DNA of 64,000 nucleotides from Deltaproteobacteria bacterium (GCA_033763315.1 JANRKS010000011.1:160001-224000); one strand, 5' to 3'. Numbered from the stretch's first letter, positions 18,665-29,173 are shown. Numbers and translations: made by a program. The notes: generated by a model from the letters alone, not told the origin.

Positions 18665-19496
18665 GGACGACTTATCTCTCGAAACTGAAGCAGCCTACCA
18701 AAACGGCAAGGAAGCTTGGCCTGACTTTGAGCTACCGTTGTGCGCTTTGGTCGAGCATGTTCAACGCAACGCCATCCCTCCGGACAGATTGGCGATGTTT
18801 GCGGCCGACATCTTTTGGGCAGCAGCCCTTTACATCGGAGACCGTGCGGCCCTGGCCGCCTTCGATGTGCAGATCGCCGCGCGGGTTCCAAGCTTCTTGC
18901 GCCGTTTTGCTCCAACACGCGAAACGCTCGTAGAGCAAACACAGATGCTTCGCATCAAGCTTCTTACGGGGCCTGACGCGCGCATTCAAAGCTACGCCGC
19001 CAAAGGCCCTCTGTTGGCTTGGGCGCGCGTCACGTGCATCAATCAGTTTTTGGACGCGGTGGGCCCGCCCCGCACAGAGGTGACGCTTGATGATGTGTCC
19101 GAACTGACGGACGGACAAGACAACCCAGAGCTCCGGGCGCTCAAGCTTGCACATGGTGCTGCCGTTCAAAAGGCTTTCGAGGAAAGCCTGCAGAGTCTAT
19201 CCGCGCGAGACAAAACAATCTTGCGGCTACACGTATCAGATCGGCTTGGCATCGATGAGATTGGCAGCTTGTACGGCGTTCATCGAGCCACCGCGGCGCG
19301 GTGGATTCTAGCCATCCGGCGGCAGGTGCTTGAGAAGGTACAAACGTCTGTGGGTATGCAGTTGGGAGGAACCAACACCAGCGTGCGCAGCCTCGTGAGA
19401 CTGTTTCGCAACGAGATTCACTTAAGTGTTGACCGGCTGCTGGATTCAAAGGCCGTTGCCGGCGTTGAAAACCAAAGCTTGCTGCTTAGAACTTGA
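18663..19496 (+). CDS. ECF sigma factor of the myxobacterial kinase-associated type
   Basis: AWP...L; DIFWA.A...GDRAALAAF; I.SY..KGPL.AW.RV; region 4 LS.RDK.ILRLH....LGIDEIG.LYGVHRATAARW. Confidence 0.85.
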   Translation: MDDLSLETEAAYQNGKEAWPDFELPLCALVEHVQRNAIPPDRLAMFAADIFWAAALYIGDRAALAAFDVQIAARVPSFLRRFAPTRETLVEQTQMLRIKLLTGPDARIQSYAAKGPLLAWARVTCINQFLDAVGPPRTEVTLDDVSELTDGQDNPELRALKLAHGAAVQKAFEESLQSLSARDKTILRLHVSDRLGIDEIGSLYGVHRATAARWILAIRRQVLEKVQTSVGMQLGGTNTSVRSLVRLFRNEIHLSVDRLLDSKAVAGVENQSLLLRT

Positions 19497-20379
19497 ATGC
19501 CACATCAACGTGGCGAGGGCCCGCCTTGACCGACCAAGATTCCCATGGCGCCCACAAAATCAAAGCCGCGCTTAGCAACGCGCCGGCTGAAGCGCTTAAC
19601 GCCACCGCCGACCACTCAGCACGGTTCTCGAGCATCAAAGTGCGCTGCCTTTGTCGCTGCAGATCTGTGTTGGAGGCGGCTGGCGCGCCATCGATGAGAA
19701 CCAAACCCATGCCTTCAAGTTGCACCGCAAGTCCATCGGCTTGTCGTTCGTAGCCCGCCGCTTTGTAGCGCAACAGCACGCTTCCGACCGCGGCACCAAT
19801 GCCTAGGGTTAAGGTCGAGGCCACCGCCACGCGTCGCCAGCGGGGCCAGTGACCGCTAGGCTCCGACCTTGGAGCGGCTTGAGGCTCTTGCGGCGGCTTG
19901 GCGTTCGCTAAGGCGCGCACAACTGAGTTGCTCTCGTTCTGCCTACCGCCGATGGCGGTTTCTGCGGTGGCAGCGGACGCGGTTGTGGGACCATTGGGGC
20001 ATTGGGCTTCCAGAATTGAAACGTTGGAAGCGGCGGCCACGGCGTTGGGGTGTTCAGGCGCCAATCGCAAGAAGTGGCTGTACACCTGGAGCGCCTGCCG
20101 ACATTTTCCGAGCAGTCGATGAGCTTGCGCCACGTTGAAAAGAAATCCAGGATCTCGGGTTTTTTCATAGGCGCGCCGGAAGTAAACGATCGCTTCGGAG
20201 TACTCGCCCAACTCGTAGTGAAGCTTGCCTTGTGCAAACAGCCGATCGCCGTCTGCGTCTGCATCGACAACGGGAGCAGAGTCAGGCGGCGCTTCCGCCG
20301 CATGAACGACGATGCCGCGAAGGTCTGCACAAAAGCAGAAGATCCCAACCACGATCCCTATATGGAAGTTGACGCGCAT
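19486..20379 (-). CDS. Secreted TPR protein with C-terminal hydrophobic segments
   Basis: Signal ending VHA; F.QGK.HYELGEY.EA..YF..AY...DP..LFNVAQA.R.LG.C..A...Y..FL. Confidence 0.8.
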   Translation of the reverse strand: MRVNFHIGIVVGIFCFCADLRGIVVHAAEAPPDSAPVVDADADGDRLFAQGKLHYELGEYSEAIVYFRRAYEKTRDPGFLFNVAQAHRLLGKCRQALQVYSHFLRLAPEHPNAVAAASNVSILEAQCPNGPTTASAATAETAIGGRQNESNSVVRALANAKPPQEPQAAPRSEPSGHWPRWRRVAVASTLTLGIGAAVGSVLLRYKAAGYERQADGLAVQLEGMGLVLIDGAPAASNTDLQRQRQRTLMLENRAEWSAVALSASAGALLSAALILWAPWESWSVKAGPRHVDVAFKF

Positions 20380-20495
20380 CTTTGGACGCGCGCGACCTTA
20401 GCATACGGGTGTGTTGGGTTTGTCGGCTGCACCGGGTCGAAAGGGGGCGGCGCCCAGCGAACGCACGGGTTCGCCAGGCGGCACCAGAGCGACCG

Positions 20496-22502
20496 TTAAC
20501 GGGGGCTGGCCGCGGGGCCGGCTCCGCTGGGAACGAAGGCTGGATCACGAGCCAGGATCAGGCGATCCACCTTGTAACCAGGCTCTCGCCGGACAAGGTC
20601 CAGGGTTTGATTGCCCGCGAGGCCCACCGACACAGTGCCAAGTGATTTCCAAACCCAGGATGACGATGCGGCCGTGTTATCCACCAATGTGGACGGTGTG
20701 CCAAACAGTGTCACGAACACAGAGTTCGAACCAGCGTTCGGCGCCCAGCGGCGCACCCAAACGTTGAAGACGCCTGGCGCCGGAACGAACACACTGTAAT
20801 TGAGCGCCGCACCATTCGTTGCGGATGCTGTCGTGAACGCAGAGCTCACCGTTTCCACGTAGCTTCCTACCGCGCCGCCAAGCGCACTGGCGGCGCTCCA
20901 GGACAATCCGCCGGGGTCCAAGGCTGCGTTTTGTGACAGAAACGTTTCAGCTTCGAAAACCGCCAAATCGTTTGAGGCGATATAGCGTGGACGTGAGTGA
21001 GGCGATTGCGGCAAGGTTTCCGAGAGTCGACTGGCGAAGTTGGCATCGGTGGTCAGCACGATGCGATCAACTTTGTAGCCGTCTTCGCGGCGGCGCAGCG
21101 ACAAAGTGTGTGTGCCTGCGGTGAGCACAGCGTTCGTCCCATTTTGCACCCAGCGCCATCCTGAAGAGGGGCCTGAATTGTCGATGCGTGTGCCCAGCGC
21201 CTGACCGTCTACACCGACCACTGCAGAGTCGTCGCTCCAGGTGGATGCGGCCACACGCATCCAAACCCTGTAAGTGCCGGGAAAAGCCACCGAGACGTCG
21301 TAACTCAGCTCGGCACCGCTCTCCCAAGTTGCGATGGCAGCGTTGGCTTCGCTGGTTTCCACATAGGCATCCCCGGAAGCGCCTGCCAAGGTGCGGGACG
21401 TTGTCCACTTGTGCAGGTCGCCGCGGCTTCGGCTCACTTTGTAGTTTTCCGCCTCGATCACGATGTCACCTGTGGTGGGCGCAAAGGCTTGGTCGTTGAT
21501 CACCTTAAACTCATCCATAAACACGGACCAACTGCAGCGCGTGTCAATGCGGCTTTGGCCGCCATCCCATCGCACGATGGACGTGCCGGCGGGGATGTCT
21601 TGCTCGAAGTATTCCCAATCGCTGGTGAGCAGACCCGTGACGCCGGCGATCTGAGCGCCGGCCTCGTTGTAGACGTTGAGCATATGAATGCCGCCATCGT
21701 CGGGCAGGTCCGTTTTCGCCCAGAACGAGATCTTGCCGGGGCCAAGCACCTTGGTTTCGACTTCGACTGAGGAAGGTCCTGTGCCGAAGCAGAAGCCGTT
21801 CGAGTGCGTGATCTTCATGGAACCAAATCCATCGTGCGTCTCGGTTGATGCTCCGACGCTGCCGTTGCCTGGCAGTCTTATCCACGGTCCCGGAACGTCG
21901 GCGCCGGCCTCGGCCACGCTCGCAGCAACGATGGGAAGGACCTGGAAGTCATCAACGAACACGGACCAAGCGCAGTCGGGATATTCCACACTGCGCGCGT
22001 CGGTCCACATCAGCTTTTGCGTGCCCGCTCCGATCTCGACCTCGTAGGCGGTGAACGTGCTTGACGAAATCACCGTTTCGCTCACCTTCGTATTGTTGGC
22101 ATCGAATACCACAAACTTGTGAGCCAAGGTCTTGGCAAGCGCGTCGGTTTTCGCCACAAAGCGCACCATGGCGGGACCCTGCACTTCGGCCAGCAGGGCG
22201 TTCGACTCGATGCCGCTATGACACCAGCCGTTCTGATGCAGGAGCTTGACCGCCGAACGTCCGTCCTCGGTGACCGCTGTGATGTTCGAGTAAAGACCGC
22301 CCATGTACCATGGCAGCGGTTGGTTCCCGGCAGCTGTGATGGCCTCGATAATGGCCGGGTCGGCATCGGTAAATGGGTCGCTAGGCGAAATGAGCGCAAG
22401 CGACTGCAGCGTCGTTTCGTCTCCAGAAGGGGCTCCGCACCCCACACCAAGCGCACCCATGGTAACCCAGCCCGCGAGCAGCATCGTCAATCGTTTCGAC
22501 AT
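20496..22502 (-). CDS. Lipoprotein with four beta-sandwich (CBM-like) modules in an AABB arrangement
   Basis: Lipobox VGC; two H.NG(W/F)C...CxWSVF.D.F units; two (I/F)EAE...YVET...G.(Y/F).VW.R...RRE.GYKVDR units. Confidence 0.7.
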   Translation of the reverse strand: MSKRLTMLLAGWVTMGALGVGCGAPSGDETTLQSLALISPSDPFTDADPAIIEAITAAGNQPLPWYMGGLYSNITAVTEDGRSAVKLLHQNGWCHSGIESNALLAEVQGPAMVRFVAKTDALAKTLAHKFVVFDANNTKVSETVISSSTFTAYEVEIGAGTQKLMWTDARSVEYPDCAWSVFVDDFQVLPIVAASVAEAGADVPGPWIRLPGNGSVGASTETHDGFGSMKITHSNGFCFGTGPSSVEVETKVLGPGKISFWAKTDLPDDGGIHMLNVYNEAGAQIAGVTGLLTSDWEYFEQDIPAGTSIVRWDGGQSRIDTRCSWSVFMDEFKVINDQAFAPTTGDIVIEAENYKVSRSRGDLHKWTTSRTLAGASGDAYVETSEANAAIATWESGAELSYDVSVAFPGTYRVWMRVAASTWSDDSAVVGVDGQALGTRIDNSGPSSGWRWVQNGTNAVLTAGTHTLSLRRREDGYKVDRIVLTTDANFASRLSETLPQSPHSRPRYIASNDLAVFEAETFLSQNAALDPGGLSWSAASALGGAVGSYVETVSSAFTTASATNGAALNYSVFVPAPGVFNVWVRRWAPNAGSNSVFVTLFGTPSTLVDNTAASSSWVWKSLGTVSVGLAGNQTLDLVRREPGYKVDRLILARDPAFVPSGAGPAASPR

Positions 22503-22609
22503 GTATTTAACCTCCGCTTGGTGGACGGCAGGTCGCAGGAATGTCGCACGAGAAAAACCAATAAAGTTGCTAGCTATCGATGGCGGCTACCAAGCCGCTT
22601 GACGTCGCC

Positions 22610-24166
22610 TCAGTGGCACGCGGTTGCGTTGGCTTGTGGCAGCACAACAAAGGCGTACGCAAGCGCAGGCACGCGTAGGGCGAAGCCAGAACCATCTGGG
22701 GTGATGAGCTCTTGTGGATGCAGTTGTGGCAGCTTGCCGTCAGCGGCGAGGCGTAGGGGAATGCCGTTAAGCGCCACCTCCTTCGCGCGCAATCCGTCGG
22801 CTTGCACAAGATAAACTTCGGCACGCTCGCCAAGCGGTGGCAGATCCACTTTGATCGGCTGGGATGGATGCACGTTTACGAGGGCCATTGCCACGGCGCC
22901 GGGTGCGCCTGCTTGGCAATGCGCATAGGCTTGCACCGCGCTTGGCGTTTGGGCCGAGACAGCCAACACCTTCGTGCCCATCAGCCGCCGCCATAGGAGC
23001 GACGCCCAGTAATCTGGATTGGGTGCCAAGGTTTTGTCGTCGATCAAACCATAGTCGCCCCCCGAAAGCGTTTGCCGCACCACCACGCGCTGGCCCCGCC
23101 GTGCCATGCGCCCCAGCTCATCCACCCACCACAGGCTGCTGCCGAAGCGATCGGAAAGCTCCGGTTCACCACCGCACTGGGCGCCGCCTGTTTCGCCCAA
23201 CCATGTTTGCGCTGAGGGGCCGTATTGCGTGCGCAGACCTTCCACAAAGCCCGCCCATCGATCGACGTCTTGCAGTTCCGAAGGGCGAAGCACCTGCCCC
23301 GCGTGGGCGCGGTTGGTGGCGACGGGGCAGCGGAAGGATTGCTGCGGGTAGTAGTGCCACGTGATGATGTCCAGCAGGTGGCCACCGTTCTTCATGAAGC
23401 GCTTGGCGAACGGAAGGCCTTCGCCAACCAATGGCCAAAAGGCCACCGCGGGACCGGCCAGGCGCGCGTGAGGTGTGATTTCATCAACCAACCAACGGGC
23501 TACCTGCATGTCGTCTGCGTAGCCGCTGGGCGATAGATACTGCCCATGAATGAGGGGATAAACGTTGAGCTCGTTGCCTAGCTCCCACACGTCCACCGGG
23601 TAGTTGTGCGCGCGCGCATCGGCAAGCAGCGGCTTCGCTGTTTCGGGGTTCCATCGCCCTTCAGAGTTTCGCGACAAGGCGCCCGCGTTCAGCGTGAAGA
23701 TGATGCGCAAGTCGAGGTCGGCGGCGAAGTGGTTCACCGCGTCCCAGCGCGCGCGGCTCAACTTGTATGAGCCCGAGGGCGCGGGGGGCGCGCGGCTGTC
23801 GAGATCGTAGATCACGCGATCGGCGTCGGTCCCGCCGATGCGCAGATAAGCGGGCGCCAATTGCGAAGCGAGGTAGCGCAACTGTGGGCGATCGAAGTCG
23901 TAGGCGGGCACCTTGGCGGTGCCCATGGCGGCTGCCTGTCGTGATGGATCCCAAAATTGCCCGCCCACCACGTTGGCCATGTCGATCGCCACGGACAGGA
24001 AGCGCGGATCCACTTCTGCTGTTGTGTGTTGCGTGTCGATCTCAAGCCGCGTTTGCACGGCCAGCATGGCTTGTTCGTCGGTCCGGTGGTTCGCTTGTTT
24101 TGTTACAAACGCCACCCCCGCCAGGCCCGCGAGGCAGGTTGCGATACGAATGCCAAAAACCACCAT
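22610..24166 (-). CDS. Glycoside hydrolase family 79 (heparanase/beta-glucuronidase-like)
   Basis: L.PAYLRIGGT.AD, WELGNE (acid/base), WHYY, WLGETG (nucleophile), RQTL.GG.YGL, PNPDYW. Confidence 0.9.
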   Translation of the reverse strand: MVVFGIRIATCLAGLAGVAFVTKQANHRTDEQAMLAVQTRLEIDTQHTTAEVDPRFLSVAIDMANVVGGQFWDPSRQAAAMGTAKVPAYDFDRPQLRYLASQLAPAYLRIGGTDADRVIYDLDSRAPPAPSGSYKLSRARWDAVNHFAADLDLRIIFTLNAGALSRNSEGRWNPETAKPLLADARAHNYPVDVWELGNELNVYPLIHGQYLSPSGYADDMQVARWLVDEITPHARLAGPAVAFWPLVGEGLPFAKRFMKNGGHLLDIITWHYYPQQSFRCPVATNRAHAGQVLRPSELQDVDRWAGFVEGLRTQYGPSAQTWLGETGGAQCGGEPELSDRFGSSLWWVDELGRMARRGQRVVVRQTLSGGDYGLIDDKTLAPNPDYWASLLWRRLMGTKVLAVSAQTPSAVQAYAHCQAGAPGAVAMALVNVHPSQPIKVDLPPLGERAEVYLVQADGLRAKEVALNGIPLRLAADGKLPQLHPQELITPDGSGFALRVPALAYAFVVLPQANATACH

Positions 24167-24174
24167 AGATCATT

Positions 24175-24237
24175 GTGACAATCGGGCAACAGCCGCAAGG
24201 GCGCAACCGCAACACATTTGCGACAGTTGCGTGACAA
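24175..24237 (-). promoter_or_regulatory. PHO-box-like (OmpR/PhoB) 11-bp direct repeats
   Basis: Minus strand GTCAC/GTCGC/GTTGC starting at 24235, 24224, 24213, and GTTGC/GTCAC at 24190, 24179. Confidence 0.55.
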
Positions 24238-24253
24238 TGGGCAAGGGGTGGCG

Positions 24254-26050
24254 CTAGGCCACGCTGGAGTAGAAGGCGTGGCCTGCTTCGCCCATGAAGC
24301 GCTTGAGCACCTTGGGGGCGGTGGTGCGTAAATCCACCACAATCAAACCATCCAAGCAATCGTTGAACAAGGGATCCACGTTAAAGCCGCACAGGCGCGC
24401 GTTGAGCTTGAGGTAGTGCTTCAGCAAAACAGGCACGCCCTTGTCGTCTTCTTCAATGTCCGCGATCAACGACGACAGCTCTTCCACGTCGCGCGCCACG
24501 CTGTGCAGCTCTTTGCGCTCGTCTTTCGCCAACCGGTCTTTGGGCGGGTTCTTGGGCTTCACCAACGCCTTGAGCTCGTCATCGCCGCACGCGGCTTGGT
24601 TCAGGAATTCCACCATCCAGCGGCGCGACGTGCTTTCGTAGCTGCCGCTGATGCTGACCGGCCCAAACAGCACTTTGTACTGCGGGTTGCGCACCAGGAA
24701 CTCACCGATGCCGCGCCACAAGAGCGCCAAGGACAGCGGTTTACGTTGATACTCTTGGCGGATGAAGGAACGGCCAAGTTCAATCGCTGGGTTCAATCGG
24801 TCAAGAAAGCCCGGCTTAAATTTGAACAGCGTGCTGGTGTAGAGCCCCTGTAGCCCTTGGCGCTCCAGGATCTCGTCTGCCACGCCCAGGCGGTAGCTGC
24901 CCACCACTTCGGACGTATCGCTGTTCCACATGAATAGGTGCAAGTAGTGCTTGTCGAACTCGTCGAGATCTTCGCTCTTGCCAGTGCCTTCACCCACCGC
25001 ACGGAAGGTCTTCTCGCGCAGATGGCCGATCTCTTTGAGAACCGCCGGGATCTGCGCTTGGCGGGCCAAATAGACCGCGTAGGGGCCTTGTTGCAGGAGG
25101 TTGGCTTCTTGGGGCAGGCGCGCCACTTCGGCCTTTAGAACCTCGACGTTCACCGGGTTTCCGATGGCTGCGGGAGGAACCACAGGGGTTACCGCCTTGA
25201 AGCGCGGACGAACGGCGTTGTCGCGGCTGGCGAGTGCGTAGGTTTTGAAGCGCAGGTACTTCGTGGCTTCTTCGTCGCTTCCGAAGCTTCGCAGCTTATC
25301 GGCGCTGATAGGTTTGCCCACGCGCAGCCCCACGGCGGATTGGCTGCGGCGAAGCAACTCAGAAGGAATCAAAGCGGTGCGCAGGCGTGGATGCAGTAGC
25401 CCCGCCAACTGAAACCACGCGCTGTTGCGGCCTTCAAAGAAGACGGGCACCACGGTGGCGCCCGTTCGTTTTGCCAACGCTGCGGCACTGGTAGACCATT
25501 CGGGATCCACGACGGCGCGCTTGCGCATGTGCAGGTGAGATACGGTGCCTGCGGGGAACGTGGCCAATAGACCGCCGTTCTTCAACCAACGGAACGCCGC
25601 TTTGATCGGCGCCAAATTGGCGTAGGTGCTGTCCTGTCCACCAAACGGATCCACGGCGATGAGCCACGGCTGCACCTCGCGAATTTGCGTCAGCAGGTAG
25701 TTGGCCAGCACTCGCACATCCGTGCGCGTCTGTGTGAGCAGATCGCCCAAGATCAATCCCTCGACCGCTCCGAAGGGATGATTCGCCACGACGATGACGG
25801 GCCCCGTTGTGGGGATGCGTGCCACGTCGCTGGCCGATACGTCATATGAAATCTCAAGCGCTTGCAGGCTTGCAGCGAAGAAGTTCTGCGAGCCGTTTGG
25901 ATCCGTCTGGGCGTAGAGTTGATTCAAGGTGTGAAGCGAGAGCAGCTTCTCGAAGGGGGTGCCCACCAGCGAGTAGAGTCGCTTGGCGAAAGGGCTTTCA
26001 ATGTTGTTGCTGATGTCAACCAGGCGCCGCGTGACAGGCTGCGTTTGCAT
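24254..26050 (-). CDS. Bifunctional acyltransferase (PlsC-like + GNAT), OlsF-like amino-lipid synthase
   Basis: VANHPFG..EG and FPAG.VS in the N-domain; EIG.LRE.TFR.VGEGTG...DLD.FD..Y.HL, ELGRSF, L.LLW.GI, P.L.K.YLK in the C-domain. Confidence 0.8.
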   Translation of the reverse strand: MQTQPVTRRLVDISNNIESPFAKRLYSLVGTPFEKLLSLHTLNQLYAQTDPNGSQNFFAASLQALEISYDVSASDVARIPTTGPVIVVANHPFGAVEGLILGDLLTQTRTDVRVLANYLLTQIREVQPWLIAVDPFGGQDSTYANLAPIKAAFRWLKNGGLLATFPAGTVSHLHMRKRAVVDPEWSTSAAALAKRTGATVVPVFFEGRNSAWFQLAGLLHPRLRTALIPSELLRRSQSAVGLRVGKPISADKLRSFGSDEEATKYLRFKTYALASRDNAVRPRFKAVTPVVPPAAIGNPVNVEVLKAEVARLPQEANLLQQGPYAVYLARQAQIPAVLKEIGHLREKTFRAVGEGTGKSEDLDEFDKHYLHLFMWNSDTSEVVGSYRLGVADEILERQGLQGLYTSTLFKFKPGFLDRLNPAIELGRSFIRQEYQRKPLSLALLWRGIGEFLVRNPQYKVLFGPVSISGSYESTSRRWMVEFLNQAACGDDELKALVKPKNPPKDRLAKDERKELHSVARDVEELSSLIADIEEDDKGVPVLLKHYLKLNARLCGFNVDPLFNDCLDGLIVVDLRTTAPKVLKRFMGEAGHAFYSSVA

Positions 26051-26161
26051 GATGTCACTATGAGCGCGGCGTGTGCCAAACCGTGCTCACGGTTGCGAAA
26101 CAGCTTGTGGTCAAACAAGCGCAGCTAAGGCCACAGAATCGTTACAACAATCCGAGCTCTG

Positions 26162-27115
26162 TTACGAAGCCGTCAAAAGCGCGGGGCGTGCGTGAAGTGG
26201 CGTGAAGCCGGCGAGCAACTCGGTGAATCCTGGCACCAGGCTGGCCACTGTGGATTCAATGCGCAGTGGGTTCATCCAACAAAACGGATTCAACAACCGC
26301 AAGGGATGCCACAACCGCCGGTTTAACGAGCCCACCTCAATGGTCATGGCCAAGGTGCCATGTTCGTGATCAAGCCAGTCATCGAGATCGCCCACCGTGG
26401 GGTAAAACTGCGAAGCCTGCCTAAAGCTGTATTTCGTGTCTTTCAAGTTCGCGAGGAACCCGTCGGCCAATTGCCGGTAATGCGCGTGGCGCTTGTTGGG
26501 ACGCGGTGAAAACGCCCACGGATAAAGCAGCATGTTGCCGAAGCTGTGAAAGCCAATGGAAAGCTGCGGGCGCACCTGCTCAACCACGCGGCGGATGGCC
26601 TGCGTTTCAGGCTCGGAAAAAGGCGCGGGACCTTGATAGTGAGGCGAGCCACGCCAGCGCGAGCCAGAGAACAAGTGGAAGCGTTCGATCGGTGCCACGT
26701 GTGGAAAGTTGCGATTCAGATCCACGCCGCGTGCGTTGGTGCGCCGTAGCGCTGGCCAACCTCGATCCAAGCGATCCATATTCGTTGCGAAGGCATCAGG
26801 ATTCACGATCGGCATCATCACCAGGCGCATGTTGCCGAGCGTTCGTTGACCGGGAAGGCTTTGCGCCATGTCGCGCAAGATATGAAACAGCGCCACCGAG
26901 CCGATGACTTCGATCCCGTGAATCAAAGCCGTGAGGAACACGGGCGGGGCGTCTTTGGGGCCGATGTCGAATCGATAAAGTGGCCGCCCCTGGACCGAGT
27001 GGCCGACGATGGTTTCATCGCCGCCTAAGCGGTTCACGAGTGTGCGCCACCCCATCTCGAACGAGGTGGCGGTGGGGTAGTTTCCCGCCAGAGCTCGGCC
27101 AAACACCATCGTCAC
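26162..27115 (-). CDS. M14 family zinc carboxypeptidase
   Basis: HGIE, P.VNPD, R.NARGVDLNRNF, SEPET, FHS, catalytic E in TIEVG. Confidence 0.9.
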   Translation of the reverse strand: MTMVFGRALAGNYPTATSFEMGWRTLVNRLGGDETIVGHSVQGRPLYRFDIGPKDAPPVFLTALIHGIEVIGSVALFHILRDMAQSLPGQRTLGNMRLVMMPIVNPDAFATNMDRLDRGWPALRRTNARGVDLNRNFPHVAPIERFHLFSGSRWRGSPHYQGPAPFSEPETQAIRRVVEQVRPQLSIGFHSFGNMLLYPWAFSPRPNKRHAHYRQLADGFLANLKDTKYSFRQASQFYPTVGDLDDWLDHEHGTLAMTIEVGSLNRRLWHPLRLLNPFCWMNPLRIESTVASLVPGFTELLAGFTPLHARPALLTAS

Positions 27116-27130
27116 AGTTTAGCGACAAAT

Positions 27131-27928
27131 TCAAATCGCCTTTGTGACATTTTCACAGAACGTCATCAATTGCTGCGCCACCCAGCTGGGATCGTCGAGG
27201 GGCACATCGTGCCCGGCTGTGGGATGAACATGCACGGTGGCACCAAGCGCGCCACCCATTTTGTGGGCGCAGCGGACGTCCACGATGCGATCCTGTTGCC
27301 CCGCAAGCACAAGCGTGGCCATGGGCAGGGGCGCAAGGTGTGGTCTGAAGGTGGACGCAGCCAACAGCTGTCGTGCCAGGTTCGTTCGGCTCACCGGATG
27401 TCGAACGGCGATGTCGGTCCAAGGGCCCAGTGCCCGGGCGCGCACTTCGGGATTGCTGGAAGTCAGGCGCAGGACTTTGCGCTCACGTTTCGCGCCATTG
27501 GCGCTGCAACCGATGCCTGCGAAGGCGGCGAGCGCCCTGGGTTGGCACCGCCACCACGGCGGGCACAGACCACCCACGCTGGGGCTCACCAGCGCCAACG
27601 CATTTACTTCGCTCGGCCACGTCTGCGCCCAAGCCAAAGCCACCATGCTGCCGAGTGAAAGTCCCACAAGGTTCAAAGCCGTGGGTGGCTGCACACCAAA
27701 CAATGATTCACGAACCACTTTTGCGATGGTTGTGACCGCAAGCGGGCTCTTGCGCTCGAAAAGCACACCGGTACCGGGAAGATCGGGTGTGAGCACGCGG
27801 CTGCCTGGCATGGCTTGAGCAAGTTTTTGCGGCAAGTCGTTCCAATGAAGCGCGTCTCGCCCCAGCCCGCGGAAGAGAACCCACGTCACGCCGCCAGGCC
27901 CGCGCGCCTCGGAATCAACGGTCACCAT
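27131..27928 (-). CDS. Alpha/beta hydrolase
   Basis: RGLGR...HW, DLPG.G, GLSLG nucleophile, D..V, GHD; start uncertain. Confidence 0.85.
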   Translation of the reverse strand: MVTVDSEARGPGGVTWVLFRGLGRDALHWNDLPQKLAQAMPGSRVLTPDLPGTGVLFERKSPLAVTTIAKVVRESLFGVQPPTALNLVGLSLGSMVALAWAQTWPSEVNALALVSPSVGGLCPPWWRCQPRALAAFAGIGCSANGAKRERKVLRLTSSNPEVRARALGPWTDIAVRHPVSRTNLARQLLAASTFRPHLAPLPMATLVLAGQQDRIVDVRCAHKMGGALGATVHVHPTAGHDVPLDDPSWVAQQLMTFCENVTKAI

Positions 27929-28057
27929 TGTGAAAAGGAACCTAGCAGCGCGCGCTACCGCAAGGAAATTGCAGCGCAAATGCCATGGAACTGTTTCCAC
28001 GCGCGCACGCGGCTGCCACGCTGCCTGCTCATCCTTTCAGTCCGTAAAGGAGCAACG

Positions 28058-29173
28058 ATGGCAACCATCTATTACGGACTTTCGGGTGAGGGACGAGGGC
28101 ACGCCACACGTGCACGAACGCTCGTAGAGGGGCTGCGGGGTCAGCACAAAGTGGTTGTGTTTGCACCGGACCTGGCCTACGCGCTGCTTGAGCCCATCTA
28201 CCGCGGCACCGATGTGCGGGTGGAACGCATCGCTGGGTTGCAGTTCGCGTACAACAAGCACGGGCGCGTGCGGTTGGCGGGAACGCTGGCAACGAATCTG
28301 TCGTATTTGCGCGTGATGAATGAGCGCGTGAACGCCTTGCTGCCTCACTTCGAGCGCGACAAACCTGATTTGGTGCTCGCGGATTTTGAGCCCTTGTTGC
28401 CGCGCGCGGCGCGCCTGTGTGGTGTGCCGTTTGTGAGCTTCGATCATCAGCATTACCTGGTGGTCAATGATCTTTCGGGTCTGCCCTTCGTGCTGCGACA
28501 ACAAGCGGCGCTGGCGGCGCCGGTGGTACGGGCGCTTTACAACTGGCAGATGGAAACGGTGGTGTCGTCGTTCTACCGCCCGCCGTTGAAGCCGGGTTTG
28601 CACAACGTCTCACAGATCGGCGTGCTGTTGCGACCCGAGTTGCTGCGCGTACGCCCGCGCCGTGATGGGTACCTCTTGGTGTATATGCGCAGGCACGCGG
28701 CGCCTGGCTTGATGGACGCGCTGACGGCCACGGGAATGAACGTGAAGGTTTATGGCTTGGGGCAAAAGCCACGCGAAGGGAATATCTCGTTTTTGGCCGT
28801 TGATGAACGCCGTTTCATGGATGACTTGGCCGGTTGCGAAGCCGTGGTGAGCACGGCCGGCAATCAGTTGGTGGGCGAGGCTTTGTATCTGCGCAAGCCT
28901 GTGCTCGCCATTCCCGAACCCCACAATTTCGAGCAAGCCATCAACGGACACTTCCTGCAGGAAAGCGGTGGGGGGCGCGTGCGTTCAGGAAAGATCACCA
29001 TGCAGGACATGTTCTCCTTCATGGACGACTTGGACATCTTCCGCAGCCGCATCGTGCCTGAATCCGTGTGTGGCAACACGCAGGCGATGCAGGTGATCAA
29101 CCGGCTGTTGGGGCCGGCGCCAACGCCTACAGTCTTTCCTCACGAAGAGCGGCGGCTCGCATTGGCCGTGTGA
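28058..29173 (+). CDS. GT-B glycosyltransferase (MJ1255/VC2487-like)
   Basis: YGLSGEGRGHATR, PDLV.ADFEP, DHQH, AG.QL..EALYL.KP....P....EQ..N; AAGGAG RBS. Confidence 0.85.
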   Translation: MATIYYGLSGEGRGHATRARTLVEGLRGQHKVVVFAPDLAYALLEPIYRGTDVRVERIAGLQFAYNKHGRVRLAGTLATNLSYLRVMNERVNALLPHFERDKPDLVLADFEPLLPRAARLCGVPFVSFDHQHYLVVNDLSGLPFVLRQQAALAAPVVRALYNWQMETVVSSFYRPPLKPGLHNVSQIGVLLRPELLRVRPRRDGYLLVYMRRHAAPGLMDALTATGMNVKVYGLGQKPREGNISFLAVDERRFMDDLAGCEAVVSTAGNQLVGEALYLRKPVLAIPEPHNFEQAINGHFLQESGGGRVRSGKITMQDMFSFMDDLDIFRSRIVPESVCGNTQAMQVINRLLGPAPTPTVFPHEERRLALAV

